From Bdellovibrionia bacterium (lineage in GTDB: Bacteria > Bdellovibrionota > UBA1018): 25,574 nucleotides of DNA. This document shows positions 24,684 through 25,574 of the stretch, in pieces. The notes beneath the pieces are model-generated. The model worked only from the letters and a program-made list of their open reading frames with translations. It had not been told where the DNA came from and did no database searches. The stretch is taken from contig JBJMMA010000230.1 of the NCBI GenBank assembly GCA_045805065.1, positions 1-25,574 on the forward strand, in the 5' to 3' direction. Position numbers and translations under genes: made by a program. Position 1 is the stretch's first letter; every line of letters starts with the position of its first letter.

Positions 24684-25574
24684 GGAGTGAATCCCTCGCT
24701 CAAGCCCGGAAGTTCATTTGCGGCAGCAGTCATCGCATTATCAAAGTTCAGATCACTCAGGCGATCCGCTGCAGACTGCTCAGCGCGGCTTTGCGCCATT
24801 CCCACTCGCTCAACAGCAAGAGGAAGCACGCCGCAAGGAGGTACATCCAGCGTGAAACGCTTGGCTGGCTCCACCATCGAATCACTGCCACTGCGCTGAG
24901 GCTTTCCACTCATCTGAGCGCTGCGCTCGATCACAGTTGCCAGATCGGCGATCGAAACATTGACCGGAAAGAAGAGATCCACAGAGACAGGCTGACGCGA
25001 GCCATTGAGCACGAAAAGCCCGGAGCTCCGGTCCGCGCGCTCCAGAGTAATGAGCTCAATCCGGCTGTCGCTTGCCTGGCAATCCGACTCGACTTCCGCC
25101 AGGGCCAGAATCTGCGTTATAAAAGAGGCCCATTCCTGGCCTTGCATCTCCTGTGTGAGAGCGGACTCAGGCACATCGTAAATCACAAGCTTGCCTTGGC
25201 CCGCGTTTCCTCCGGAGAGTACGCGGTAAGAAACCCCAAGGTTCACATCAATCTGCTTGGCCCCCGACATGATGAGCTCAAGCTGCGCGCGAGCGTTCTC
25301 AGTAAAGAGCACGCTTCGAGGCAGCGCAAGGACGCGTTGATTGTCACAGCTCACCCATTGAATGAGCTTACGAATCACGTCGCGCGTAAAGACGGTTCCA
25401 GGATCAACCATCAAAAGGCGGGCATTGCGATCGGCAAGCGCGAGATCGAGCGATGCGACTTTGCGTGCGCGGGTTTTTGCCTTCTTGGAGAACTCGCGCC
25501 AAAGCGCCGTAGGTCCTGACCAAAGATGAGGAGCCAGATAAACAGCCGGAGCCTGCAGCGCCAGATCGCCTCGC
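24674..25574 (-). CDS. C-terminal part of a larger protein that starts beyond the window; possibly glycosidase-like accessory domains
   Basis: The frame stays open from 25573 (RGDLALQAPAVYLAPHLWSG...), so the 25414 start in the ORF track is internal. LLMVDPGTVFTRDVIRKLIQWV..QRVLAL and GLFVLNGS..FTLDVPPCGVLPL loosely resemble GH42/GH35-type trimerisation and beta-sandwich domains. Confidence 0.7.
   Translation of the reverse strand, partial: RGDLALQAPAVYLAPHLWSGPTALWREFSKKAKTRARKVASLDLALADRNARLLMVDPGTVFTRDVIRKLIQWVSCDNQRVLALPRSVLFTENARAQLELIMSGAKQIDVNLGVSYRVLSGGNAGQGKLVIYDVPESALTQEMQGQEWASFITQILALAEVESDCQASDSRIELITLERADRSSGLFVLNGSRQPVSVDLFFPVNVSIADLATVIERSAQMSGKPQRSGSDSMVEPAKRFTLDVPPCGVLPLAVERVGMAQSRAEQSAADRLSDLNFDNAMTAAANELPGLSEGFTPWN

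Noticed and set aside
24617..25519. 300-aa plus-strand ORF
   Set aside because: Arg/His-rich and antisense to a frame that is open to the window edge and coupled to downstream genes.
1..25574. CRISPR arrays, tRNA/rRNA genes, IS elements, prophage or known defence systems
   Set aside because: No spaced repeats, RNA gene signatures, transposase/integrase motifs or defence domains were recognised. Intergenic gaps are all about 300 bp or shorter.

Overview
Bacterial chromosomal window. Gene content and protein style suggest a Bdellovibrionota/Oligoflexia-type organism (inference). Core genes are uvrA, an alpha/beta hydrolase, a parvulin-less PpiD/SurA-like chaperone divergent from mreC-mreD-mrdA-rodA (no mreB), a TIGR01212 (YhcC/YtqA-family) radical SAM gene and rlmN. 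These are interleaved with many lineage-specific secreted proteins. No rRNA, tRNA, CRISPR array or mobile element was recognised. The best candidate for an undescribed system is a two-gene operon behind a sigma54 (-24/-12) motif. It encodes an ankyrin-repeat lipoprotein followed 4 nt later by a 1040-aa secreted helical protein whose hydrophobic helix plus long coiled coil recalls alpha-pore-forming toxins, suggesting a toxin with a self-protection or chaperone partner. Other notable items are three more sigma54-type motifs, an Lpp-like coiled-coil protein right after rodA, a histone-like Ala/Lys insert in UvrA, a divergent GH43-like propeller, a secreted protein made of two copies of an unrecognised domain, and a probable leaderless GTG-start gene. 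All family calls come from reading motifs by eye; no searches were run.
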